Assembly (NCBI GenBank): GCA_046563655.1
Contig: CM102287.1
Span: 5,952,001-6,016,000, forward strand
Reading direction: 5' to 3'
DNA from: Yuukianura sp. NJ FZ-2021
Lineage: Eukaryota
Length of the DNA stretch: 64,000 nt
Of this stretch, positions 1-12,585 are shown in pieces; the stretch's first letter is position 1; every line of letters starts with the position of its first letter. The translations under genes were made by a program, and so were the position numbers. Under the pieces are notes generated by a model. It was not told the origin of the DNA. It saw only the letters and a list, made by a program, of their open reading frames with translations, and searched no databases.

Positions 1-345
1 CAAACTTCAGTCTTCCATTGACTCATCCGTCACTTCTCGTGAACTTCTTGACACCCAGTTTCTGCACGATTTCCTCTAAACGCCAATCCGTTGAATCATT
101 GTTATGGTCGACTGACCTCAACTCTTTGTTTTGGGAAACAAAATGAATTAATTGTTTCCCAAAGCCTCGATTCATTTGTAGCCCCTTGAGTATGAATAGA
201 AATTAGAATCCGTCATAACTGTCCATTTCCTTCAATTTTGAATCCGCCCAAGCCCAAGCGCCGTGATGAAGTCGATGATCTGACATTTGATCCAACTGCA
301 TCTAAAACAGTTGGAAAGAGGAAGTGATTAGTGTCAAAAGTTAAC

Positions 346-927
346 ATGTATCGACAGGAAAGAGACCCTCTAAAAGACATTAGGTCAACGTCAACGTCGT
401 ACCGTAATCGGAATGTCCATGACCTGGTAAGTCTCTGGAGGCTTAGGGCGAATCAACCAAAGCGGAGCTGGAGAGACAAAGGAGAAAACCTGTGGATTTA
501 CTGTAAGATCAAGTTGATTATCAGATTCAATTTAAAATGATCTGCGAATCAATGTAATATTTCATATTTCTTCGCAGTGGGGCTAATCCTCATGTACTTG
601 ACGCTAATTGCCATAGTTATTCTTCTGATTGTTCTCTTGCTGCCGAAGCACAAGAAGGAAGATATCTCCGATGTCAAGAAACCGACCACTCCTATACCAA
701 ACTGTAAGCTCATTGTCCTTTACTCAAATAAAAACGCAGTTTTAATTTGATTGATACGTGTACTAGATGCTGATTCAATTGATCCGCGACGAAGGAACAG
801 CTTAGAGGTTGGTCCATCACAAGGGCAGGTCATGGATAGGGCACAGCACAACAGCAAATTCCGGGATTTCAGTAAACTTCCAGACGAAGTAGAACAAGAC
901 TTCTCCAGTCCCCCAGTATCAACGTGA
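346..927 (+). CDS. Small single-pass membrane protein, ~147 aa, 3 exons (346-502, 578-703, 767-927), unknown function
   Basis: GT-AG introns join in frame. Exon 2 encodes the hydrophobic helix LGLILMYLTLIAIVILLIVLLL followed by PKHKK. Stop TGA at 925-927. Confidence 0.65.
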
Positions 928-945
928 GTTAATCTGCTAGATCGC

Positions 946-1845
946 CTACTGCACCAATTCTCCGCCGTTTTCTATCCAGTCTACTATCCCCGGATACACG
1001 CTAAAAAGTCAAAATCAAAGATTGAATTAAATCCTGGCTTAGTAACCAATTTATATAGTAGTAGCCAACGTTGAGTTGAGAGCATGAAGTACTAAAATAT
1101 GGGATATTTAGACGGTGCTGACGAGGAAGCAATCAGAAAAATATAAGAACTTCATTTGCACCAAGAAGGAGAGACATACATGACATTCTGGAATCCTGAA
1201 TTCGATAGGGCCATGGCTCCTTTGGCAGCTCGAATTCCTAGTTTGCAATGCACAATCATCGTAGTAGTTGCTCCCGGTTTCTGGAATCCATATGTCTTTT
1301 CGAATTCCTCGTCTGATAGTCGGAAGGCGTCTTCTAATTTTCCGACTACAGAAATTGCAATTCAATCAATTAACAATCAGACTTTCGATACAGCATTTAA
1401 CGTTCTAGCAGAAAACAATGTCTGGATAAGTTGGGTTTACGGGGGATATTTTTGGCGTTTTGGGAGATCTTTCCATCTTTGACCAGTTCCTGAGGTTCTC
1501 GGACATCAATAACAACGGTGGTTGGTTTTGCAAGCTCTCGTTTCACTTGTTGAAAAGTCAGCTGGATTGGCACTCCTATCATAAAATAAAACCACAGGTA
1601 TAATCGATGATACAGTGGGAACTGGGAAGTTTCTTAAGGAATTAATCTACAAATACGTTAATCCGCTTCGCATGCACAAAGGTCAAGTTTCTGCCGATTA
1701 CGTAAATTAACTTACGCAGTTTCGGAGGCACAGCAGCTGCACTGTACAGGTGATATGGCACAGGCAATGTTCTCGTCGCTGATCGTGACGACAAGGTCAA
1801 GGTCACCGGAAGCCGGAAAATTGAGATCAAAAGATTCCGCAGCAT
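946..1845 (-). CDS. Single-domain rhodanese/thiosulfate sulfurtransferase (TSTD-like), probably mitochondrial, 161 aa, 4 exons (1845-1716, 1575-1441, 1345-1180, 1000-946)
   Basis: Spliced protein has VIDVREPQE, NIPL, active-site loop VHCKLGIRA and VYPGIVDW. The N-terminus is Arg/Ser/Leu-rich with no acidic residues (presequence-like). Confidence 0.88.
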
Positions 1846-2794
1846 TTCCGACTCTTTCAAAATTGACGATAAATTAATAAATTAATAAATAAAGTAAAGT
1901 TAATTTAATTAAGAAAGTCAAACAAAATCTAATTGCTTCTCTAATCAACTGAGATTACTCTAATTAATAACAAAATCAATTAAAGATTAAATATGAGATG
2001 ATGAAATTCACATGTACAAACTACCAAAACACAAGATTGACCTAGCCTTAACCTTATACTCTTGTAACCACCGTACACGTTCTATCCCTGTCGAATCTAA
2101 CTTCTAAATCCTTCAGGAAGTTATTCTTTGCTTATAATCAAATACTAATTTAAAATAAATGTTAACGTTATTCTATTAACATTATTGTAGCTACTATAAC
2201 AGTTAATAAAAACTAATTCTGGTTGTAGACTGTGGTTACCTTTATCAATCTGCACTTTCTTTCAACCCATTTTCATTTGTTTGCTCTGACTATTCCTCAT
2301 AATCCACCGATTTCTCGGTTTGATACTCAGCGTGCCCCAGTACCACCTTATTGACATGAATTTCTATTCCAAATATTCAGTCAAATCAACTGCACTTTAT
2401 GCATGACGCTCGAGTATCAGCGAGAATGTCAAAGGTCATGTGCCAAATGTTAGGCTAAATAAATACACACCATTATACTAGAAATACCGACATGATTGAG
2501 GAAAGAATTTCTCGGAAGAAGGTATTAAGGTGTTTACTTGTCTAAAATGGGGTTTAGAGTTTCCTGTAATTTAGAACAAAGGCGGCAGTGGATAATGTGA
2601 ACTGTGAATCCAATTTCCTGTAGAATTTACTCCAAATGCGTTGAAAATCCTGAATAATTCAACTGGTATCGATCTTGCTGTTCCAATTTTCAAATTCAAA
2701 ATAGGAAAAAATCATTTTCAGGGCTAAACCAACATAACCTTAGCCACGTACCAACGATTTTTCTTTTCTTATCCAAATTTGAAACGACAGAACA

Positions 2795-3653
2795 ATGGAA
2801 CCCAGGGCCATGAAACAATATGGCGCACTCGGTTTCGCCGGCTTTTCGGCTCTAGTTACCGTTTTAATTTACTTCGTCGGTTTCGGAGGAGAACAAACTA
2901 TGGTGCCAATTGAAGTGGATTTTGTGAGAATTCAAAAACTTTTTCCAAAAAACTTCCTTTTACTGACACTGAATTCAAAAATTCAAAGGTATTTTAAACT
3001 CACGATTTTTTGAATACTTTAGGGCATGGAGATGGATGCTACTGGCGGTCCAGCCATGCGTGTTTGGGCAAACACGCCGCTGCCGACCTTGATTAATGCA
3101 CGTCTCTTCAATATGTCGAAACGTGAAGAAGATGGTACGATAACCACAGGAGTGGACATGTTCGAGCTCATGCCGGTATTCAAACTGATTTTCAAAAAGA
3201 AAACAGAAGAATACACTTTAATAAAGTTACGGTATAATTTTATGATGCTAATTTCAGACCGATGACAATACAAACTACGGTATTGGCTTCAACTCGTTCG
3301 CAATGACCTTGATCCCTCCATCTGCCCAACCAGAACTCAACCTCACAATGAAGATGGTTCCGATGGTCTTCACAAGGGATGTAAGAAAAAGAAAATCCAA
3401 TGGTTAACGACCAAGGTGATCTCAGGACATGCGCAGTTTTACATTTTTCGGTATTACATAGGTGGAGGTGGGAAAATTTGTGACGGGCGTCATGTGGTTC
3501 ATGGCGTTTAGCCTCAAGAACTTCAGCGCCCTCTGTTGGGCCTTGATTTTGCAGAGTGTGGGGATTCTGGGGGCGGGGGTGGCTTTGATCATGAGGAACA
3601 AGAAGAAGGACTTGGATTCAGTCGTCACGCCAATAGTTCCCACCAAACAGTAG
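2795..3653 (+). CDS. 198-aa membrane protein with terminal TM segments and CD36/SR-B-like motifs, 4 exons (2795-2923, 3023-3175, 3258-3380, 3462-3653)
   Basis: All phase-0 GT-AG introns. N-terminal TM, then VWANTPLPTLINARLFNMS, then a C-terminal TM and a short basic tail. Confidence 0.7.
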
Positions 3654-3832
3654 AAGTTGAAGAGAAACAGAATGGAATCGCATGTCCAAAATTTTGAAAA
3701 TAAAATCTGTTCACTAACAACCAAAGGGCTCTTCAGTATGCAATTTGCTTACGGAAGAAATTCAAAATAATAGTGAGCTTAATAACTTTGGTTTCAACTT
3801 TATTCGAATTTTTTATCCAGTTCGTGTTAACT

Positions 3833-4429
3833 TTAAAGACATTTGCACATTCCGCCAATGAGTTCCGTGTAACTGATGCGCATGGCAGTAACGGGATCCG
3901 GGACGGTTAATTTCTTTTGAGCTACAAGCGCCTGCGCGAAATTGTCCATCGTGCAATCTTCTTGATCATCTTCAATCTTGCAACTGGAACCAGCTTCACA
4001 TTGTTCTATCAAAGTACCTTCTGTTGGAAGGCAGGTTGACCCCCGGACATACCTGCATTGACCGTTGACCTCTACTGCAGTAGCGTTGAAGGAAACGCCC
4101 GGCAGTTCTTTGAAGCAGCCACAAGTCCTTGTGTCCTCCTGGCACTGTAGAATCTTGCTTGTATCGCACAGAGCCTTGACGGACTTGGCGAAATCGGTAA
4201 TTGAACGGGCAATTTCCAACAACTCACTCACGTTAGTCATTCCCGACATTTTTTGGTGAATGTATTCCTCATTGGCAAAAGCTTGCTTCTGATCTTCATA
4301 GTCGCAGGCGTCACCGTAGTTGAGTGTAGCTTTCGCCACGGAACGCTCCACGGCAGTCGAGTATTCGCTGTAGACGGAGTTTCCATAGACCAAATTCAAA
4401 AGAGCGAGAAACAGAAGAATCTTCGACAT
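3833..4429 (-). CDS. Secreted cysteine-rich protein, 198 aa, intronless
   Basis: Signal peptide MSKILLFLALLNLVYG. Cys-rich C-terminal half (CGC...CRYVRGSTC...CEAGSSC...CKC). Confidence 0.8.
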   Translation of the reverse strand: MSKILLFLALLNLVYGNSVYSEYSTAVERSVAKATLNYGDACDYEDQKQAFANEEYIHQKMSGMTNVSELLEIARSITDFAKSVKALCDTSKILQCQEDTRTCGCFKELPGVSFNATAVEVNGQCRYVRGSTCLPTEGTLIEQCEAGSSCKIEDDQEDCTMDNFAQALVAQKKLTVPDPVTAMRISYTELIGGMCKCL

Positions 4430-5587
4430 TTTGAAACTTCTAAAAATGTATTTTAATCAAAATTGCTCCAAGGTTTAAAAATCCACTATTGTATTTTGAT
4501 GCTCCGAAAACTATCCGCTTTACACTTTGTTTTCAATTGATAATTTTAACTGATCGTGAGAATGAGTATAGTAGTTAAGTAGTTTCGACACAAACCTCCA
4601 ATAACAAAGAAAGAAAAGATAATTACCGGAAATTGTATTGTTATGCAAAAGTTAAAAAAACACTGTCGTTAAACGTGAAAGCCAAGGGCAAGTGCAATAG
4701 TCAGAGACTAGCAAATTCAAAGTCCAGGTTTATGTTTCCAAATTTCATATTGTACATATCTTTGTTGTAACAACGTTGACCTAACCTTTTTGTGTGAGTT
4801 AATTAAATTTTTACCTCCATTTTCTACTTGCACCGTCTGAATGTGCACAACCACAATTTATTTGAACTTGTAACTCAAAAAACCTTGTGTACAACATTGC
4901 GTTTTTTTTTTCATTTCTCGAACTTTTTGGCCGATGATTTTGCTAGGAAGCATTTTTAATTGTTATTCGATTAAACGACAAAAAAAAACCTCCCGTATTT
5001 CTTTATGTGATGTGTTTTCAGCGAAAAATCAAAAAACAAAAAGACTCCAATGCGACAATTCTTTCAATCTAAACTTTCTTGCAGCATAGCGTTTCCTACA
5101 CATATGTAGCCCCACATTTTTAAAAGTATGATATAAAATGCTGATTTTTATTTGAGCGGAAATATGAAAATTTTGTGTATTGTAACATTTTTGTTTGCAA
5201 CAATAATTGTGTATTCTTCAATACTTAATTTGAGTTTTACAACATAAGTGGAGACACGTTGTAATGCAAAATTCAAATATTTCATTGCCTTAGAACTCGG
5301 ATTATGAAGTTTTTGAGAACAGTCTTTTAAATTATTCGGCATGTGTGCTACAAGTGTTTTTTTCCTGAAATAGCGGATTACGTCAATACACTGTGAGTGA
5401 CAGTTGGAAAAAATCATTTTCTCGAGTTGACAAACATTTAGTAATGTATAACCTTGGCATTACGAAAAAACACCAGGCGGAACTTAAAATACTTTTATAT
5501 TTTGTCTATAAATACAAAATTCTCAACTTCTAAAATGAATTTAGGTTTCTCTACACTAATTTTGTTGAAAACGATTTTGAAAGTATC

Positions 5588-6154
5588 ATGGCTTCGTTTA
5601 TTTTGTCGCTTCTTGTGCTTATATGTCTGAGTCAATACGGTGAATCCTGCAACGCCAACGGTGGCAATAGTAAGCTTTTCTGATAAATAAAAGGCTGTGA
5701 CAAATTTTTTCAAAAAAATAATGCAGCTAATTAACAACGTAACTTATAGTTACTTTCTTAATCCAAAAATTGAATTATTGAAAGCACTTATAAAATTACT
5801 TTAAAAACTATATTTTTTGCGTTGCACTGTACAGAGTTTATTCCAATTGGACCTAAGTTGCCTAACTACCCGGCGTGTACTAAATGGCAGTGTCCACCGC
5901 CAGGGGGATGTACTACTTGTGTCCTATGTGATGCCGCAGTTACAACAACACCTGTCGATATCTGTGTCGACGCCACGCCTACTGCGACGGTAAAGGCCAA
6001 TGGAGCACCATGCAAAGCGACGGCCGCTGATCCCGACTGTTGTGGTGTCTTCCCTGCACCGTATCCTTGCACCACCAAAGCTCCGGTTTGTGTCATGGTT
6101 GCTGCTGATCCAGCCGCCGTGCCTCCAGTTTTGGGTAGTAAACCATGTCCATAG
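5588..6154 (+). CDS. Small secreted Cys/Pro-rich protein, copy 1, 133 aa (exons 5588-5669, 5835-6154)
   Basis: Signal peptide MASFILSLLVLICLSQYGES, phase-1 intron, CTKWQCPPPGGC motif. Paralogous to 8765-9351. Confidence 0.85.
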
Positions 6155-7155
6155 TTCCTCGAGTTAATTTCCTTTTTACTCAGTTTCATAACTGCGTAAG
6201 ACAAGAATAAATTTATAACTATTATTTAGTCTTAAAACCATTTGAATATGAAAAAATACTTGCGCGTAGTTCCTTGATTGCATAAAGCTCCCATTTTTGC
6301 TTGAATTTATTTTGGAATTTTGAACATTTTTAATAACTTATGTGTAAAATTATTAAGTGTAAAATGGAATATTAATAGGAAGGGAAAAAGCTGACGGTAG
6401 TACTGTGGTACTGTAGCCATGATGGTAGTGTCTGCTTACAGTACGAAAAAAGAGTAAGAGTAAGCTCCTCTTTTTTTTCAGACACGTCTCTGGATATTAC
6501 TGTACTGTAAGCTCACCGGATAAATGATGTAAATGGAGACCGTTTTTGGTGCTAAGGAACCTTTTTTATGCAAGTTGAGTTTTTTTTAACGAAATTTCGC
6601 TGTTTGGTTTAGATAAAAGTTTGCCACTTCTTGAACTTCTACTTTGATTAGTTTCAAATTATCCTCTCATTAGGACATGCAATCAAAGTCAATTAGTACA
6701 CTTACACGATTTAATTTTTTTGCACATGGAATTCCTCAACTACTGGGCACTCAAAACATTAAAAAAATTTGAGCATCTTCGTGGACATCGATTCGACAAT
6801 CATGAACCAGATTCTATAATCGGTTCCGCACTCTGTATACGCAATTTTTCCTTTCACAGAATTTGGTCCATAATGTTCTAGGGATCAGCCTTTTAAATTA
6901 GCATATAAATTGGAGCATGAAAGGTATTTTTTTCACGAAATTGCGGTTTGCGCCAATACTAATTGAGAGTCATAGTTGCCAATGTTAAAATTCTTCTCTT
7001 AAGTAATGAACATTTGTTCAAAATATGTAACGAAGAACGGCAATACTTTTAATCAGTTCTCCATAAATACAAACGTACATATTACATTCCGGCAGTATGT
7101 ACAAGTATTTTACTCACGAGAAAAAAATTTCTTTATAGCCAAACTGGAAAGTGTC

Positions 7156-7534
7156 ATGGCTTCGTTTATTAAGTAGTTTTAGCTACTATATAAAAGCCTT
7201 TTTGCCCGTCATCACGTTTTCCGTCTTGTCCCCATCAGGAAAGCCGGTCCGTCATCGCGTTTTCCGTCTTGGCATAGGGGGAAAGCATTGTCATCCGCGT
7301 TTTCCGTCTTGTCCATCAGGAGAGCTGGTCCGTACTGTAATGAAATGAACAGTAGCCGTCAAGTTTTCCATTAAAATTTCTGGTAATACTCATCCGGTCG
7401 ACTACCCACCATGTACAAGATGGCAGTGTCCACCCCCAGGGGGAAGCAGTACTTGTACCCATTGCAATCCTACAATTACGAGGACGCCAGTGAACATCTG
7501 TGTCGACATATTTGCTTCTCCGACTGCTCCCTAA
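7156..7534 (+). pseudogene. Copy 2 of the Cys/Pro-rich family, disrupted
   Basis: ATGGCTTCGTTTATT start followed by an in-frame TAG and foreign repetitive DNA. Exon 2 (from 7353) closely matches copy 3 but lacks ~150 nt. 3' flank homology extends to ~7660. Confidence 0.8.
7205..7335. repeat. Three imperfect ~40-bp tandem units (gtcatc-cgttttccgtcttg) within the pseudogene
   Basis: The core cgttttccgtcttg occurs three times. Confidence 0.7.
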
Positions 7535-7948
7535 GTTCATCTATACAAATGTTTTTTTCATTCAAATGACAATTATAAGATGATTGAATAGTAATAAATT
7601 TGTCTTATTGCGTGTAAAACTACAAAAATATACTCCCGTTTTGCATCGAATTTTATTCCGAAAAAAATGTGCCATTTATCAAGTCTTTGGCTAAAGTTTG
7701 ATATATTGTGGGTCACTGTACGACATACCTACGCTGACCAAAACCATTTTTGCATGGCGGTGTCACAGCGGTATTTTTACCCCCGTTTCCAGGGTATTCG
7801 TAAGGGTATTCGTAAATATTTGCGTCAAAATATTGAATATATTGAATATTTATTTATTTATTATTTATTTCGTAAAAATATTGAATATTTATGTGAACGC
7901 CAGAATATTGAAAACACTTAAAATATTGATAAAAAAAATATTTCTTTC

Positions 7949-8216
7949 AGAGAGGTCCCAGATTTGAAATTGATTCTGACTCTAGTAGAATCAGAATCAG
8001 AGTAAAATGGTGATGAGTTCCAGTTTTTTCTGATTCTGACTGTAGTTCACCCCGGGAAATTCAAAATTTGAATGCGGCTAACTGACGCACAATCAGAATC
8101 AGGTCCGGAGTTATGTTTTTAGAAAGCGTAAAACTGATTCTAGAAAATATTGTAACCGCCCCTTTTGAACCTAGAATCAGCTTTTAGAATCAGAATCACC
8201 AAATCTGAACCTCTCT
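7949..8216. mobile_element. MITE-like element with imperfect TIRs and AGAATC/GATTCT subrepeats
   Basis: Left end agagaggtcccagatttg and right end caaatctgaacctctct are near reverse complements. No clear TSD. Confidence 0.55.
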
Positions 8217-8764
8217 ATGACTTGGAATTCGTCAAATTCTTAACTTTTACTTATTAAAGTAAATGTCGAAAAAGGCTTTACTAAATTTAGGTAACTCAAA
8301 AATTTCAAAAAGACAAATAAAATAATAATTGCCAAGGATTTGTTTTTGTCACACATCTTCATAAAAATATTCGATAACCATGAACATGACCTTAGTAGGT
8401 AAGGGTTATTGTATTATTATAATTTCCTTAGAATATGGTTCGTATTTTTTTGGTGATCACGTTCAGACTTTTTAAATTATACGAAATGAGACTTACAAGT
8501 GTGCTTTTTATTTTCGAAATTTCGGTTTGCGTCAAGGCAAATTAAAGTCACAACTGTCAATGCTAAATTTGTTTTCCTGAGAAACATCCGTGCAACCTGC
8601 TGAATTTGTTCAAAAAAAAGCAACGAAAGGAACTACTTGAACATATTTCTAGCAATTCCTTTTTAAACATTTTTCATAATTCTGAAAACAAAAATTCTGA
8701 ATTTTCGGAGTAATATCCCCCCCAATGAAAAACAAAGTAAATTGAAAATTAATTTGAAAGGGCC

Positions 8765-9351
8765 ATGGCTTCGTATATCCTGTCCATTTTTGTTCTCATT
8801 TGTCTTAGCCGATACGGCCAATCCTGCAACGGTGGCAATAGTAAGTTTTCCCATTATGTAAGGAAACCTAAAATGGAATAATTCTTATATTACCTGAATA
8901 AAACAATTCTAAATACTCAAATCAAAGACAAAAGTCAAAAACAAAATTATTCATTTAGGTTAAGGCCAAGTATTGGAAGAGGGAAATTGCCATAATTCTA
9001 ATTCTTTTTATTAATCTGTAATTAACAGTAGCCGTCAAGTTTCCCATTAAAATTTCTGGTAATACTCAGCCGGTCGACTACCCACCATGTACAAGATGGC
9101 AGTGCCCACCCCCAGGGGGATGCAGTACTTGTACACATTGCAATCCTACAATTACGAGGACGTCACTCAACATCTGTGTCGACATATTTGCTTCTCCGAC
9201 TGCGACGTCCAATGGAGCACCGTGCCGAGGATCAGGCGAACCCGACTGTTGCCGAGACTTCTCGGCAGACTTTCCGTGCACCGAGAAAGCACCGGATTGC
9301 GTCACTTCCATTGCACCATATTATTATTCATTCCAGAATGCGTGTCCCCTA
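8765..9351 (+). CDS. Small secreted Cys/Pro-rich protein, copy 3, 132 aa (exons 8765-8840, 9029-9351)
   Basis: Signal peptide MASYILSIFVLICLSRYGQS. Same intron position and 13-Cys pattern as copy 1. Confidence 0.85.
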
Positions 9352-9752
9352 AATCCCTAGGTTCATCAATGCAACTGTTTTTTTCTTTAAAATGACTTGT
9401 ATAAAATGATTGAATTATAATAAATTTGTCTTATTGTGTAAAACTACAGAAATATCAAAGACATCATCCGTTCTGAATCGAATTTTATTCCGAAATTTTT
9501 TTCAAGTTTCAATAAAATTATTTTGGCAGAAAAAAAAACGATACGAAGTTACCCAGAAGATGAAGAAGCTTCTGCGTTACGTGGAGTGAAAGTGCGCATG
9601 GACACACTGCTCTGATTGGTTCTTCCGCTTGGCGCTTCTAAATCCAATTGGTTAATTTTGCAACACGGTAGAAGAAAAATGGGTGCAACGATTGCTGAAA
9701 AATGAACAAACAAAAACTTTTTATTGCATGAGTACTTGAGTATATTGTATTT

Positions 9753-12585
9753 TTACAATTCAGTTGTAGCAGTAGTGGTAGTAAGTGTAAGTGTTTTGGA
9801 ATCGCCTGCTTTTGAACTTGTAAGTGGAGTGTCGACGGCAATATTTTGTTGTGGGTTTGAATTGAGACTGCGCTTGTGTGAATTTGACTTGCCTCTGAGC
9901 GTCGAGTTTTTGCGACTCAAGTGAATCATGACCGATTTTTTGCAAACGAAGATGAGGAAGATGAGGATTCCTTGGACGATGTTGAAAAAGTCGGTGACCA
10001 TCCACTGGTAGCCAGGCGGTCGATAGATAGTGCAATTTTGTGCATCTCTTTCAGTCCGACCGTAGTCACTAAGGTACTCAATTACCTAAATTCCAAGAAA
10101 ATTCAGATTTTGAATTGGGTGAAAATATTTTCCTTTGTTTTTGTACCTCGACTGTCCAGGTGACGCCCATAACAATGAACAGTTTCGTGAACAAGTACAG
10201 GGTTTGCTTCTGCTTGGCAGCATTTTTGCGCGCCTTCTTGGTATTCTGATGGTACTGGAACATAATCCACATGGTTGTAAGGAAGAACAGAAGATTCGCA
10301 AGTAGTAGCAGAGCAACTGGTAGGAAGATGTAAACGCCCTGAGCAGTTCTGTTGGCAATGTAGCAATTGTCGACACCATACTCCGGAAGCACGATTCCTA
10401 CAGGACGCTTATGTTTCGGCAAACTAGAAAAATACAGAAAAGTTTTGAAGAAGTGAAATGAGAAAAAATAGGAATACACTAGACCAACACCACTTGTAAC
10501 CACTACCACCGTACTTATAAAATACTCAAAAACTACAATACCAAAATTGGTTATATTATCCGTTTTTTTTGTGTTAAAAAGTTTGAACAAGTGAAACTTA
10601 CTGCAAATAACTTCTGTCCAGAATGTATCCCACCAGAACAATTATGAATGGTAGGCCAAGGGAGAATGCGAGGTACATTCGAAATCTCACGATCCCTTTG
10701 GATTTTCCGATAGATGGTGCCAGTGTTCTGTGTGATTTAAATTAATGTTTTGAAAAATTACTTTTTTGTTTAAACTATACTCTCACCTAAATGTCCACCA
10801 CAAGTCAAACGAGAGACCTGCGTGTAAATTTTTAAAATTATTATTTTGGAAATAGAGGAATAATATTGTAGCATAGTTAATGTTAATTACATGTTAAAAG
10901 GCTGAATGTTGACAGGAAAAGAAAGTGAGCGGAAAGTCCTGAAATTTAAATTAACATAACGTAAAACATAATTGCTAACTTAAAAATATTGTATTCCATT
11001 TTGTATTCCCTTATATGTGCAGCTTTCATTAGCCCGGGGACAAACTTCGTACCTACGAAAATACAACGGCTTGAACCTGCGACTGTTTCACGTCCCTGTG
11101 TCATCACAATTAATCGAGCAGAACCAAGGAAAAACTGAAAACATATTGTCGAGGTCAAAGGTCAGCTTGACAATTCTCGGTTACGCCAGGCCAGGGTAGG
11201 TACTTATTTACTATTATTGTTTGTACCAGCATGAGTCCCATGGACACAGACAAGGAGAAGACGGTCCACCCGTGAATGTTCTGTTTGTCCCAAATAAGAA
11301 TGTAGACGATCACAGTAAGACAGAGGAAGAAGGCGGAAATGAACATCACAACGACGTATACCACGTCAATTCTACTTTTTTCCTACAAATAGTTCCATTC
11401 CACCACAATCAAAAAATTTTGGAAAAAAAAAATACTTCGACAGAGAACTGAATAAGTTTCTGAAAAATTCCTGATCATACCTCCTGGTACGGGTCCTGGT
11501 CGTAGGATTCACAAGTACAGACCATGGCAGCATGAAGCTTCACTTCCGTGTTTTCTTCTTCACTGTACAGTGCATCGATACAATAATCAGTTCTGGGCCA
11601 AGTCAACCCACTGTATACGTGTAAAGAGCCCTTTTTTGTAAATGCAAAACTGAAAACACCAAAAAACGTCAAAACTGACCCAGAAAATTTTTCAAAAAAG
11701 ATGTTGTGACGTACGGCATATCGTCGTAGGCTACTCGATCTAAACTGAAATTCTCTGCGCAGTCTTGAAACGTATTTTGGTAATGAAATACATCTTCCGG
11801 GAGTCCTTTATGGACGCAGTCAGGGCCTTCGTCACGTGACTGCAAGCACCGATTAGGATTGGTGGAATGATACAACGGTGGATCCCATTTGACTGCAGAT
11901 TCCTTCGGTGGACCACAGGTCACGTTACTATCGTTAAGGAAGTGTAGCACTTTGCCCCAACCGCAACATTTTGGGACACAAATTTTGTTACTGCGTGGAT
12001 CTGTACAGTTGATCTCACAAATACTGACGACGGCTTCAGTGAGACTCAAACTAATTTTTAAATTAATAAATTAGACAATTTCAGAATATTTTTAACAATT
12101 AACTTGCTTTGGCGGGAAAAAGTTTGTAGTTTGGCGTTTCAAAAAAATACAAATCGAAAGTTATGTTTTAACCTCTGTAGACAGTATTCATTTTTCCAGT
12201 AGTTCCCAATGTCGTACTTCAAAATTCCGTTAGACTCAAATGTTGCTTTCACACCCTCCTCTTCCTCATCGTTTAAAGCAAATGGCAGCGATACATTGTG
12301 TACAATCGAGGCACACGTCAGACTCTGCTCAAACAGCCTGAAAGTGCAAGTCCAAGCTTAAAAACGCAGCTACAAACATAGTTTCTTTAGTCATGTGCGC
12401 AGTTACCGAAACATTGTTGTATCTCCACTGGACATCAGAGTAGATGGGATCTCGATTTGTGCTGACTCAAAGTTTGTGGATCCCTGGCAAACAGGGAGCG
12501 ACTCCAAGCGTTGATTCGTCAGAGCTTGACTAGTCGAAGACGCTGACAAAGTTAAAATTAAAAATACACCCAAAGAGAAGGCCAT
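9753..12585 (-). CDS. Methuselah-like GPCR 1 (multi-exon; an extra 3' exon near 9550-9640 is possible)
   Basis: Signal peptide, Mth ectodomain motifs CVPKCC and DYCID, 7TM motifs QNIHGW, YGVDNCYI, KLFIVMGVTW, QGILIFLIFVCKK. Confidence 0.88.

Noticed and set aside
1..79. Possible 3' end of an upstream + strand CDS (KLQSSIDSS...HDFL*)
   Set aside because: Too short and truncated by the window edge to support.
1156..1482. 108-aa + strand ORF
   Set aside because: Antisense shadow of the rhodanese exons.
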